The notes beneath the pieces are model-generated. The model was not told where the DNA came from, ran no database searches, and saw only the letters and a program-made list of their open reading frames with translations. This document shows positions 41,389-50,574 of a DNA stretch of 64,000 bases, piece after piece. Position 1 is the stretch's first letter. Each line of letters opens with the position of its first letter. This DNA comes from Thermoanaerobaculia bacterium (GTDB lineage: Bacteria; Acidobacteriota; Thermoanaerobaculia; Multivoradales; Multivoraceae): NCBI GenBank assembly GCA_963664405.1, contig OY761158.1, positions 3,936,001 to 4,000,000 on the forward strand, written 5' to 3'. A program made the position numbers and the translations under genes.

Positions 41389-41597
41389 GGGAGCGCGAAG
41401 GCCACGAGCTGCGCTTTCTCTGTCTGGTCGCCGAAAAGCGCCCTCGAAGTACCAGACCCGCCGCCGGCCGGCACGACGATGTACTGGCGGCCCTGGTGCA
41501 TGTAGGTCATCGGCACCCCGTGTAGGGTGGCCTCCGTCTCCACCTCCGCCAGCACCCTGCCGGTCGCTTTGTCGTAGGCCTGAAGGATGCTGCCGCT
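41385..41597 (-). pseudogene. C-terminal fragment of a PQQ dehydrogenase (not in ORF track)
   Basis: Reverse strand reads LQAYDKATGRVLAEV..GVPMTYMHQGRQYIVV..LVAFALP*. Confidence 0.8.
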
Positions 41598-41687
41598 TGC
41601 CCGACGGGTGTCACGGCGGACGACATTCGATTCGTCGCGTCAAACGGCACTGTTCCCGGTCTTGGATGTCAGGGGTTTGGGCCCCCA

Positions 41688-42004
41688 ATGGCGAGCGGCC
41701 CCGTGACGGTGCGTGGGAAGAACCGAGCCCTCCCCCTAAAGGCGGAAATCTTCGACGATGGCTTTGAAATTGAGGGTGGAGACATTGTCGCCCCACCCGT
41801 GATCCAGGTCCTCTTTGATTCCGGTGTCGGCGGAGCGCTCGACGTGACCGGTGAAGCCCTGCCCTCTGGTCAGGGAACCGACGGCAACCAGTTTGAATTC
41901 ACGACAAGCGGAATCTGGCAGTTCAACCTGAAGACGAAGAATCACACCGCGGCGGGTACCTATACGGTCACGATGGAGTCAGGCGACGATGCCGAGTACG
42001 GCAT
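41688..42004 (+). pseudogene. PxKF-like Ig domain fragment interrupted by IS
   Basis: ALPLKAEIFD...WQFNLKTK..GTYTVT. Confidence 0.5.
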
Positions 42005-42044
42005 CGGAACCTGTCAAGAACTTTGAGACACCTTGAGTCATAAA

Positions 42045-43049
42045 TTAGTGAAGGTCCTCTTCGGTCGAGGCCGGCGGATCCTCAGGCCGGTTGATATAAA
42101 CGGTTCCAGGTAAAGGCGCGACGATGGGTCGCCCTCGGAGGAAGCGTTCTGGGTGAGTTTGGAAGGCGCCATCGAGCGCGACTTGCCGTGCGGCAAGGAC
42201 CTGCTCCGCTCGACCGTGGTGGACGCCGTGCGGCGTCAGGTGGGCGATCCCACCGTGGCGGTGCTCGGTGTTGTACCAAGGGAAGAAGGTCCTGCAGAAA
42301 GCCTGGGCGGCCTCCTGGCTGGCGAATCGGGAGGGGAAGCTCGGGTGGTACTTGAGGGTCTTGAACTGGGCCTCGGAAAAGGGGTTGTCGTCACAGACCT
42401 GGGGCCGGCTGAGCGACTGAGTGAGTCCCAGATCGGCGAGCAGCTGAGCCGTGCACTTGGCGGTCATCGGGGAGCCCCGATCGCTGTGCAGGGTGAGCAC
42501 CTCAGGTTTGACGTCGTGCTTGCAGCAGGTCTCCTCGATGAGGCGACCGGCGAGATTGGCGTTCTCGCGGGGCGCGAGCATCCAGCCGACGACGTAGCGG
42601 CTGAAGATGTCGAGCAGGACGTAGAGGTAGTAGTAGCTCCACTTCTCAGGACCCCGCAATCGGGTGATATCCCAGGACCAGACTTGGTTGGGGGCGGCCG
42701 CCACCAGCTCCGGCTTGGTGTAGTCGGGGTGGCGAAGCTGGTTACGCCGTTCGCGCACCGGCGCTCGCGCAGCGAGGATGCGGTACATGGTCCTCTCCGA
42801 GCAGAGGTAGCGTTGCTCGTCCAGGAGCGTGGCGACGACCTCGGCGGGGGCACGGTCGACAAAGCGAGGCGAGTCCAGGACGCCCAGGACGGCTTGGCGC
42901 TCGTCCTCGCTCAGAGCCCGGGCAGGTGTTGGCCGGGGCTGCGGCCCGGTAGATGGCTTCCGACGACGGTACAGGGTCGCCCGTGCCACGCCGAGAGCGA
43001 CACAGGACGGCTTGACGCCGACCTGCAGCGCCAATTCGGCTGCGGCCAT
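42045..43049 (-). CDS. IS3-family transposase OrfB
   Basis: PNQVWSWDIT, LDIFSRYVVGW, LHSDRGSPM, DNPFSEAQFKTLKY. Confidence 0.93.
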   Translation of the reverse strand: MAAAELALQVGVKPSCVALGVARATLYRRRKPSTGPQPRPTPARALSEDERQAVLGVLDSPRFVDRAPAEVVATLLDEQRYLCSERTMYRILAARAPVRERRNQLRHPDYTKPELVAAAPNQVWSWDITRLRGPEKWSYYYLYVLLDIFSRYVVGWMLAPRENANLAGRLIEETCCKHDVKPEVLTLHSDRGSPMTAKCTAQLLADLGLTQSLSRPQVCDDNPFSEAQFKTLKYHPSFPSRFASQEAAQAFCRTFFPWYNTEHRHGGIAHLTPHGVHHGRAEQVLAARQVALDGAFQTHPERFLRGRPIVAPLPGTVYINRPEDPPASTEEDLH

Positions 43050-43585
43050 CAGGAGCTCCTCCCGTCCTCGAGGTTGAAGCCCAGCAGCCCGGCAACTTTT
43101 CCCTGCACTTCGAGGATCAGCTCTGCCTTGCGCAGCGCCTCGCGAGTACGGGATAGCTCCTTTTCCAGTTGCTCGACCTTCTTGGCCAGCGGATTGCCGG
43201 ACTTCGCCTTGCGCCCTCGCCTTCGGCCCAGCCTTCGCAGAGCGCCGGTCCTGCGTGCCCTGCGCCAGGCCGTCAGGTGGGAGCTGTACAATCCCTCGCG
43301 ACGCAGGATCGCGCCGATGTCGCCAGGCGTGGCCACTTCGACTTCCTCGAGGATTCGCAGCTTGTACTCGGCCGTGAAGGTTCGCCGCGTTGGCTTGGCG
43401 ACCACCTCAGGATCCAACACAGGGCTCGGCCGCGCCCAGATGGCGCACGCTGCTGCGTCTCCGTGCTCGCTACGCTCGCCCGTCGGCGCCTCCGCGGACC
43501 CCAGCTGGGCGCACGGGGGAAGCTGGGAAACCTCCTCCTCGCCCCGGACCGCAATGGACGTGCCTGCTGATCTCATCTCTTGCAT
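43049..43585 (-). CDS. IS3-family transposase OrfA (start uncertain)
   Basis: RRTFTAEYKLRIL, GAILRREGLYSSHLTAWR; TGATG coupling to OrfB. Confidence 0.85.
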   Translation of the reverse strand: MQEMRSAGTSIAVRGEEEVSQLPPCAQLGSAEAPTGERSEHGDAAACAIWARPSPVLDPEVVAKPTRRTFTAEYKLRILEEVEVATPGDIGAILRREGLYSSHLTAWRRARRTGALRRLGRRRGRKAKSGNPLAKKVEQLEKELSRTREALRKAELILEVQGKVAGLLGFNLEDGRSS

Positions 43586-43821
43586 CTTCCTCTCTTCAGA
43601 CATCAGGTTTCACCTCTCCGCCCTACTCTATTTAAGGGGTGGCGAGATGTCTCAAGCATCTTGGCAGAGAGGGCATCGACCCAACGTGTACCGCAGTGTT
43701 CATCGTCGAGTAGAGGCCTGTCTTCCGACTCTAGAACAGAGCCGATGCCCAAGTGGGATTCGGCCCTCTTTCTTGGTGCGTCAGGCAGTAAGTCCTGGAT
43801 AAGCGACGAAGATGCTCGAGA

Positions 43822-43955
43822 TGCACCTTTCCTAGTGGAAGGTGCAATGGACAACATCGTCAGTGTCGTGAAATCTGGCGAGGTGCGACACGTATAGCCG
43901 GAAGCGGATAAGCCTCCGGTAACGCTGAGCTGCACCTCTTCTAGTGGAAGGTGCA
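43822..43955 (+). repeat. Box-site H flanked by two TGCACC-N13-GGTGCA palindromes
   Basis: Box 43864-43890 with conserved spacer; palindromes at 43822-43846 and 43931-43955. Confidence 0.75.
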
Positions 43956-44165
43956 ACGGGCGATACATTGATTTGTGCGTAGCTGGAAGGTGCGCAGATG
44001 GGACGGGTGGCGGCGGCCAGTCCTCGCCCCTAGTGCTGCACCGTCAAACGTTGCCCCGTTGCGCGTCGAGGAGCAGGCCGCCTACCTATACAGGTGTTTG
44101 GCGAGGGCGTTTGATACAGCTGTGGCTACTCCGTCGATGCTAGCGAAGCCGCAGCTCAAGATGAC

Positions 44166-44960
44166 CTAGTCGCCGACCTGGTCCTCGGGGTTGGCGATCG
44201 CGTCGCGCAGATCGTCCAAATAGGACCGTAGCGTCTGGCCGGTCAGTGGGAGAACGAAGTCCTTTCGATTCCTACTCAGCTCAACGATGGACCCTCTTTC
44301 TCGCCCCTCGCTCACCTGCTTCGCCAGCTCCCAAGCGAAGAGATCAGCCGCCTCGAGAGCGCGCACGGATCCCTTGTCTGCGAATGTGTAAGACGTGCGA
44401 CCGAACCTCTCCCGGAAGTAGGGGGAGTCGCCGATGGCCCGCATGAATTCGTTGGCCTCGGCCTCATGACGATTGCCAGCCTCAAAGAAATAGGCAATCG
44501 AGCTGATGCTCTGCTTCCTCGCCCACTGCGCAACGCCAAGTGCCACGAGGTAGCAACAGATCGAATAGGCGGTTCTGAAGCCTCGCTGCTCTATGGGCGG
44601 CATGGTGCTCAGCTCGTTCATGTTCAACGCCACGGCTCCACCATAGACGGTGCGTCTCCTGACTAGCTTCACCGCACCCTTGATGTATCGATCAGCCTCG
44701 TCCTGGTCGAGATCGGAGAACTCTCCGCGGCGCGCCGCGAGATCGGTCATATGGAAGATGCGATCCCCGAACAGGCGCGACCATTCCTTCTCGAACGTCT
44801 TGGCCTCGGCAGGAAAGAACACATAGCCCGCAACACAGAATGTGCCATCCTCGCGCTCGCTCTCGTCGAAATAGGCTTGGAGTATCAGGGCTAGCCCCTC
44901 TTGGGAAGACGGAGACGTGACGGTTCTCGACGAGAAAGGCCATCCTCTCGTGACTCCCAA
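44166..44960 (-). CDS. DUF3800-like protein (start uncertain)
   Basis: AYFDES..FCVAGY; LEAADLFAW. Confidence 0.7.
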   Translation of the reverse strand: MGVTRGWPFSSRTVTSPSSQEGLALILQAYFDESEREDGTFCVAGYVFFPAEAKTFEKEWSRLFGDRIFHMTDLAARRGEFSDLDQDEADRYIKGAVKLVRRRTVYGGAVALNMNELSTMPPIEQRGFRTAYSICCYLVALGVAQWARKQSISSIAYFFEAGNRHEAEANEFMRAIGDSPYFRERFGRTSYTFADKGSVRALEAADLFAWELAKQVSEGRERGSIVELSRNRKDFVLPLTGQTLRSYLDDLRDAIANPEDQVGD

Positions 44961-45156
44961 GGGTGCCTCTCAGGGGAACGATCCTGGCCCGATGTCTGAG
45001 CCCTCGGCGGAGATCGTCGCCGCGGCAGAGGTCGAGATCGAAGAAAGCGACAGGCCCCGTGGAGGTCTAGCTGTCGGCGCTTTCGGCCCCGAGTCCGAAA
45101 ACGACTAGAGGACCACACTTCTCGGTTCCCTCGAAGCTGCAACGAAAGAAGGAGAG

Positions 45157-45459
45157 TCAGGTGGGGCGATGCCGGACGCGGCGGAGACCGAATTCCCTGG
45201 CGTACTCCACCTCTTTGTCCGCTAGAACGATATCGAGGCTCGATCGGAGCTGCGGCGGCACTGAATCCGGGTCGGCCGGTACGATACAGACGAAGGAGCC
45301 TGCCCCCTCGGACATTGACCGCCATGGGCCGTCCGGAGAGTCAGCGATCTTGACGTGCAGTTGGATCCGCTCTCCGCTGGAGGCATCCACGAAGAGTGTG
45401 TCAACGGGTTGGCCATGAGCCCGCCTCTCTTCCGGGAGTGAAAGTACATCTCCACTCAT
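45157..45459 (-). CDS. Hypothetical protein
   Basis: 100-aa ORF with GAGG RBS. Confidence 0.4.
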   Translation of the reverse strand: MSGDVLSLPEERRAHGQPVDTLFVDASSGERIQLHVKIADSPDGPWRSMSEGAGSFVCIVPADPDSVPPQLRSSLDIVLADKEVEYAREFGLRRVRHRPT

Positions 45460-45679
45460 TGGTCCTCTCGCCCCTCGCGCGTAGTTGCGATAAGCAAGGA
45501 ATATAGGCGAGAGGCTACACCAATCGAGCCCAATTTCGGACCAGACGGCCGTCCCAGAGAGTCTCGCTGGGGGTCGAGAGGGCGCTTCATGTTGGTACCT
45601 ATGTGGTACCTATTAAAGGAGGATGTCGACGGAGTGCTGTGACCGTAAACCCTATCTCTTGTATTTATAAGGGTTGGGA

Positions 45680-45729
45680 TGGTGGAGCCGAAGGGAATCG
45701 AACCCTCGACCTCTTGAATGCCATTCAAG
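45680..45729 (-). mobile_element. att site: duplicated 3' 50 bp of tRNA-Ala(GGC) between islands A and B
   Basis: Identical to 54927-54976; adjacent to integrase. Confidence 0.95.
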
Positions 45730-45889
45730 GGGTAGAGGTTTGCTGGAGTTTGCTACAGTTTGTGTTTCATAGTTCTGTAGGCATTTCTTTTAGTTCTGTT
45801 TGCTGGAGTTTGTTGGTGTTTGCGTCCACGTGATTGCTATATGATTGCCGACTAGATTGCTGGGCTACTCTTCTGGAAGACCGCTGGCG

Positions 45890-47119
45890 ATGCGAAAGCG
45901 AATCACAAAGCGCTCGGTCGACAGTCTCGAGCCGGGTCCACGAGCTGTCTTCCTCTGGGATACCGAGATCTCGGGATTCGGCTGCAAGGTGACCCCTGCG
46001 GGCCGGAAGGTCTACATCTTTCAGTACCGAGTTCGGGGGCAGAGCAACAAGACCGCTCCCAAACGGGTGACCCTCGGCAAACACGGAGAGCTGACTCCTG
46101 ACACAGCTCGGAAACGGGCAGCGCTCCTCAAGCTCGACGTGAGAGCCGGCACCGACCCCGCAGCCGTCTGGAGGGCTGGTGAGGCGCCCACCGTATCGGA
46201 CCTGGCTGAGCAGTTTCTCGAGAAGTACCTCCCGACCAAGAAGCGCCCACCTCGGGACTCGACGATCGCCTACTACGAGACTCTCTTCCGCTGCCACGTC
46301 GTTCCAGAGCTCGGTCGAAAGCGCGTCGACGCAGTCACCTCCGCGGACGTGGACCATCTTCACTCCGGGATGCGGTCTACTCCCTACATCGCCAACCGGA
46401 CCCTCTCGCTGCTGCAGCAGGCCTTCGACCAGGCCGAACGCTGGGGCTGGCGGAAACAACACACGAATCCGGCCATTCACATCGACCGCTATCCCGAAGA
46501 GCGTCGCGGCGAGAGGAAAGAAGTCATGCTTTCCGCCGACCAGATGGCGAAGCTTCTCGAGGCGATCGATCTGGAAGAGGCAGCAGGCACAGACTCAGTG
46601 GCGTGTGCCGCAACCCGCGTCGCCTTCTGGACCGGGTGGCGCATCGGCGAGGTGCTGCGCCTAGAGTGGGCGAATCTCGATCTCGAAAGAGGCAGCGCAA
46701 GACTGTTAATGACGAAGACGGCGCGAGAAGAGTATCGCCAGCTCCCAGCCGAGGCAATCAGCGTTCTCCAGGCCCTCCCAAGGACAACTCGATGGGCGTT
46801 CCCCGGACGAGATCTCGAGAGTCACCTCACCACCGTCCGCAAGCCCTGGTCTTCCATCCGAGAACGAGCGGGCCTCGACAATCTCGATGGCCTCGGCCCT
46901 CTCCGACTCCACGACCTCCGGCACAACGTAGTGAGCTGGGACGTGTCCCGTGGTGTTCCTCTGGAGATCGCCGGTAAGAATGTCGGGCACCGCTCTCGGC
47001 GCTCAACCGAGGTCTATGCCCACTTCGCGCCGGACGCACTCAAGCGTGCGGCTGATGAACGCGCGGAAGCCATGCGTACGGCAGTCGAGGCGTCGAGGGG
47101 CCCGGCGGACACTGAATGA
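45890..47119 (+). CDS. Tyrosine integrase with arm-binding domain
   Basis: LWDTEISGFG; catalytic TGWRIGE, LHDLRH, GHRS..TEVY. Confidence 0.95.
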   Translation: MRKRITKRSVDSLEPGPRAVFLWDTEISGFGCKVTPAGRKVYIFQYRVRGQSNKTAPKRVTLGKHGELTPDTARKRAALLKLDVRAGTDPAAVWRAGEAPTVSDLAEQFLEKYLPTKKRPPRDSTIAYYETLFRCHVVPELGRKRVDAVTSADVDHLHSGMRSTPYIANRTLSLLQQAFDQAERWGWRKQHTNPAIHIDRYPEERRGERKEVMLSADQMAKLLEAIDLEEAAGTDSVACAATRVAFWTGWRIGEVLRLEWANLDLERGSARLLMTKTAREEYRQLPAEAISVLQALPRTTRWAFPGRDLESHLTTVRKPWSSIRERAGLDNLDGLGPLRLHDLRHNVVSWDVSRGVPLEIAGKNVGHRSRRSTEVYAHFAPDALKRAADERAEAMRTAVEASRGPADTE

Positions 47120-47569
47120 GCGTTCGCCCGTTTTTCGCACCATACGGGCGAGGGTGAGCTGGTGTTCCTGCGCTTACTCGAGCTGCGTGACGACGGGGTG
47201 GTCGGCATCACGGAGACCGTGCTCGAGTACGTGCCCTCTCGCGAGTCCCAGATCGCGGTCCTTCACAGCCGTCACCTCTTCCGGCAGGGCTGGCGCTACC
47301 AGGAGCTCCTCAACCTACTCGAGGTGGCCTAGTTCAAGAGGGTGGAAGCCTTCGGAGGCTTTGCGCAGCAGCCGTTCGAGCGATGGAATCGGAGGAGCTG
47401 GTGCTGGTTGCGAAGTAGACGGATCACAGGAGTGCAGGCCCGAAGGCCCGACTTGGCGGCATGAGATCTGCGGTCCTTGAATGAAAATCTGGGTTGGAAG
47501 ACGTCGAGAAAACAACCAGTTTTTCACCGATTCGTCCGTAAGCGGCAGGACCCTTGGCAGTCCCCGGTT

Positions 47570-47881
47570 CTAGGGGATCTCAACTTGGATGTCTTCCCCG
47601 TCCACTCTTACCTCGTAGCATGCCACCTCCTGCGGCGCGGGAGGGCTGAGGTTCTTCCCCGTGCACAGGTCAAAACTCGCTCTGTGCCAAGGGCAGGTGA
47701 CGGTTGTCCCATCGAGTGAGCCTTCGGAGAGCGGGCCTCCTCTGTGCGTGCAGGTGCCGCCGATGGCATAGAACACCCCATCCACGTTGAACAGTGCGAT
47801 CTTTAAGTCCTGAACCTCAACAGCCTTGCCTTGCCCAGGAGGAAGATCCTTCCTCTCTGCTACCTTGTGAAAAGTCCCCAT
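47570..47881 (-). CDS. Rieske [2Fe-2S] ferredoxin
   Basis: CTHRGGPL...CPWH. Confidence 0.93.
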   Translation of the reverse strand: MGTFHKVAERKDLPPGQGKAVEVQDLKIALFNVDGVFYAIGGTCTHRGGPLSEGSLDGTTVTCPWHRASFDLCTGKNLSPPAPQEVACYEVRVDGEDIQVEIP

Positions 47882-48026
47882 CGCTAACGTTCCTCCGTGA
47901 TGGCGAGATTAGCCGTCGCTCTCGGCGGTGTTTCTAGCCTGGTCGAGCCGGCGCCGGAAGACCCCCATCGCCTCGACCCCCTGTTCCAAGCCTCTGAGAC
48001 ACGCTCGTGGAGAGCCATCCGATGGC

Positions 48027-48278
48027 TCAGGGAGCTTCGAGGTCGAAGGCTTCGTAGTTCTTCGCAATCCAGGATTGCCACTTGTCTGGAACCTCTTCGT
48101 CGGCGACGATGGCTTCCACTGGGCAGGCGTCGACGCAGAGTCCGCAGTCGATGCACTCTTCCGGATGGATGAAGAGCGTTTCCCACTCGTCCTTGTCGTA
48201 GATGCAGTCCACCGGGCAGACCTCGACGCAGGCCGTATCTTTGACCCCGACGCAGGGCTCCATAATGATGTATGTCAA
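48027..48278 (-). CDS. fdxA: Dicluster (7Fe-type) ferredoxin
   Basis: CVGVKDTACVEVCPVDCI...ECIDCGLCVDACPVEAI. Confidence 0.9.
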   Translation of the reverse strand: MTYIIMEPCVGVKDTACVEVCPVDCIYDKDEWETLFIHPEECIDCGLCVDACPVEAIVADEEVPDKWQSWIAKNYEAFDLEAP

Positions 48279-48347
48279 ATCGAGTCTCCGTTATCTTTTC
48301 TCACTACCTAAAGAGGGGCTGAAACACCCTCCCTCCTTTCGCAGGTC

Positions 48348-49034
48348 TCAATGACCCTTGGAAGAGGACGATGTGTTCGAGCCACGTACCTCTGTCGAAA
48401 ACGTGACCGCGTACGTACAGGTCGCGTCGCCGTCCGGCATGAAGGCCTCCCGCTCCAAGCGGGCACCTAGAAGATCACTCAGCAACGCACTCTCTGCCTG
48501 GCAGGGGAGCTTGCAAACATCAACTAGGCCACAGAGCGGACAGTGGTATATGCGGAGTCGGGGTGGGCCTGTTTGACCGCCCGCTACGTCAGCCAGGAAT
48601 CCTTGATCCGTGAGAATCTCGGCGACCGCCTCCAACCTGTCGCTGGGGTCAAGGTCGCGAACTTGTGCCTGCAGGTCTTCGCGCTGACTCGCACCCCACG
48701 CCTCGAAGAACTCCACCAAGAGACCCTGGTGGCCGTTCCCGATCAAATAGGAGACGAGCTCTCTAAGCAGCTTTCGCTCCCGTTGAGGAAAGAGCTCTTC
48801 GCCCAGAGCGCTCAGCCGGTATTGAACTTCGGGTCGGCCGGCACCGCTTCGCCTCACGCCCGTCCGCACGACTAGACCGAGGCCCTTCAGGGTCTTTAGA
48901 TGGTCGCGCATCGTCTCCCGAGCGAGAACAATCTCTTCCCCAAGCTCGGATAGAGTGGCTTCCCCCTTGAGCTTAAGGCTCTCCAGAAGCAGCCGCTGGC
49001 TTTCTCCCAGTCCTGGGCCAAAGAACGAGCTCAT
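48348..49034 (-). CDS. SufR-like winged-HTH regulator
   Basis: RDHLKTL..GAGRPEVQY.LS..G.ELFP; HCP...C..E...GDATCTY. Confidence 0.8.
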   Translation of the reverse strand: MSSFFGPGLGESQRLLLESLKLKGEATLSELGEEIVLARETMRDHLKTLKGLGLVVRTGVRRSGAGRPEVQYRLSALGEELFPQRERKLLRELVSYLIGNGHQGLLVEFFEAWGASQREDLQAQVRDLDPSDRLEAVAEILTDQGFLADVAGGQTGPPRLRIYHCPLCGLVDVCKLPCQAESALLSDLLGARLEREAFMPDGDATCTYAVTFSTEVRGSNTSSSSKGH

Positions 49035-49094
49035 ACCGCCTAGCCTAGGTAGGCGAAGTGACGATGTCAAGATAAAAGTGGATGAAAGCACTAA

Positions 49095-49115
49095 AATAGC
49101 CAGAATTCTGCTATT
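49095..49115. promoter_or_regulatory. Candidate operator in divergent promoter
   Basis: Near-palindrome AATAGCCAGAATTCTGCTATT. Confidence 0.4.
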
Positions 49116-49132
49116 CTAGCCGTGAGCTTGGC

Positions 49133-49489
49133 ATGACCGTTTTGACCCAAGAAGAGTGCGTTGCCTGCCGGCGGGATGCTCCTACGGTCAGTGAGTCGGA
49201 AGCCTCGCAGCTCAAACCCCAGATTCCGGAATGGGTGCTCGTTTCGCCGGATGGGGTTCAGCGTCTCGAGCGCGAGTTTCGCTTTGCGGACTTCTCTCAG
49301 GCACTCGCCTTTACGGTGAAAGTCGGTGAGCTTGCCGAGGGCGAAGGCCACCACCCGGCGCTCCTAACCGAATGGGGTCGCGTCACCGTGAGCTGGTGGA
49401 CGCACAAGATCCGTGGATTGCACCGCAACGACTTCATCATGGCCTCGAAGACAGACCTCCTCTTCCAGGGTCTTCGGCCCGCTGAGTAG
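49133..49489 (+). CDS. phhB: Pterin-4a-carbinolamine dehydratase
   Basis: [37 protein letters not shown]. Confidence 0.92.
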   Translation: MTVLTQEECVACRRDAPTVSESEASQLKPQIPEWVLVSPDGVQRLEREFRFADFSQALAFTVKVGELAEGEGHHPALLTEWGRVTVSWWTHKIRGLHRNDFIMASKTDLLFQGLRPAE

Positions 49490-49530
49490 CCAAAGACGGT
49501 GGAGGCTCAGCGGAACCAGAACAGCAAAGC

Positions 49531-49896
49531 ATGAATAGAGATACATTGACGGTCCAGCCACCAGAAGGCCCAGTCGTCCTGACTGAGAGGGCCGTCACCA
49601 TGGTGAAACTGACGCGGGACCAGGAGGGTCTTGACCCCTCCTGTGGCCTGCGGGTAGGCGTCCGAGGCGGCGGTTGTAGTGGCTTTGAGTATGTGCTCGA
49701 TTTCGAGCACGAGCCTCGTGCGGATGACGTCGTCCTCGAGTATGACGATCTACGCGTGTTTGTGGATTCAGTGAGCCGCCGCTACCTCGAGGGCACGACA
49801 CTCGACTACAGTCTGGGTATGAGTGGAACCGGCTTCAAATTCGACAACCCGGCAGCTACTGGATCGTGCGGGTGCGGGTCATCATTCACAGCCTGA
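49531..49896 (+). CDS. iscA: A-type Fe-S carrier (IscA/HesB)
   Basis: LRVGVRGGGCSGFEY, FKFDNP...SCGCGSSF. Confidence 0.92.
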   Translation: MNRDTLTVQPPEGPVVLTERAVTMVKLTRDQEGLDPSCGLRVGVRGGGCSGFEYVLDFEHEPRADDVVLEYDDLRVFVDSVSRRYLEGTTLDYSLGMSGTGFKFDNPAATGSCGCGSSFTA

Positions 49897-49996
49897 GGGT
49901 TTAGCGATGGGTGGTCGAGATGGGGGGGGTTCTGGGAATCCTGAGGGTGGGTTTCCTTTAACGGCTGGGACAACGGCACCCTGGACTGGAAGCGAT

Positions 49997-50500
49997 ATGC
50001 CGAACGAACCGTCTTTCCTGACCAGCCGACTCGAGGAGGCCCTTGGCTGGGCCCGCAAGTTCTCGATCTTCCAGTACCCCTTCGTGACTGCGTGCTGCGG
50101 GATGGAGTACATGGCGACGGCTTGCGCTCACTACGACGTTGACCGCTTCGGAGCCGGCCTCCCGAGATTCTCGCCGCGCCAGGCCGACGTGCTCTTCGTG
50201 GTGGGTACGATCAGTCACAAGCTGGCGCCAGTCTTGGTACGCATCCATGAGCAGATGGCCGACCCCAAGTGGGTAGTCGCCTTCGGCGTCTGCACGTGCA
50301 CGGGCGGTTTCTATGACAACTACGCGACGGTGATGGGCATCGACACGATCATGCCGGTGGACGTCTACATACCGGGATGCCCGCCACGGCCGGAGATGGT
50401 GCTCGACGGTCTGATGAAGCTCCAAGACAAGATCCAGGACCAGCACACGACTGGCAAGAAGCCCCCAGCCGAGAGCCGCCCCGAGATCCTCGAGACATGA
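49997..50500 (+). CDS. nuoB: Stand-alone NADH-quinone oxidoreductase subunit B homolog
   Basis: TACCGME, RFSPRQAD, PKWVVAFGVC, PVDVYIPGCPPRPE. Confidence 0.92.
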   Translation: MPNEPSFLTSRLEEALGWARKFSIFQYPFVTACCGMEYMATACAHYDVDRFGAGLPRFSPRQADVLFVVGTISHKLAPVLVRIHEQMADPKWVVAFGVCTCTGGFYDNYATVMGIDTIMPVDVYIPGCPPRPEMVLDGLMKLQDKIQDQHTTGKKPPAESRPEILET

Positions 50501-50574
50501 ACAGCTCCTCGTTGATTCTGCGGCCTGCTCCAGAGCCTCCGGAGACGACGTCCGCCTGATGGGGAGAGACTTGC

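Larger units (their letters stand above)
42005..43673 (-). mobile_element. IS3-family insertion sequence (ends approximate)
   Basis: Imperfect IR CTG(T/C)CAAGA..(T/C)TTGAGACA at both ends; CAT on both flanks; orfA/orfB. Confidence 0.85.

Noticed and set aside
8777-43890. Box repeats as a CRISPR array
   Set aside because: Units are kilobases apart and degenerate, with conserved rather than unique spacers; no cas genes
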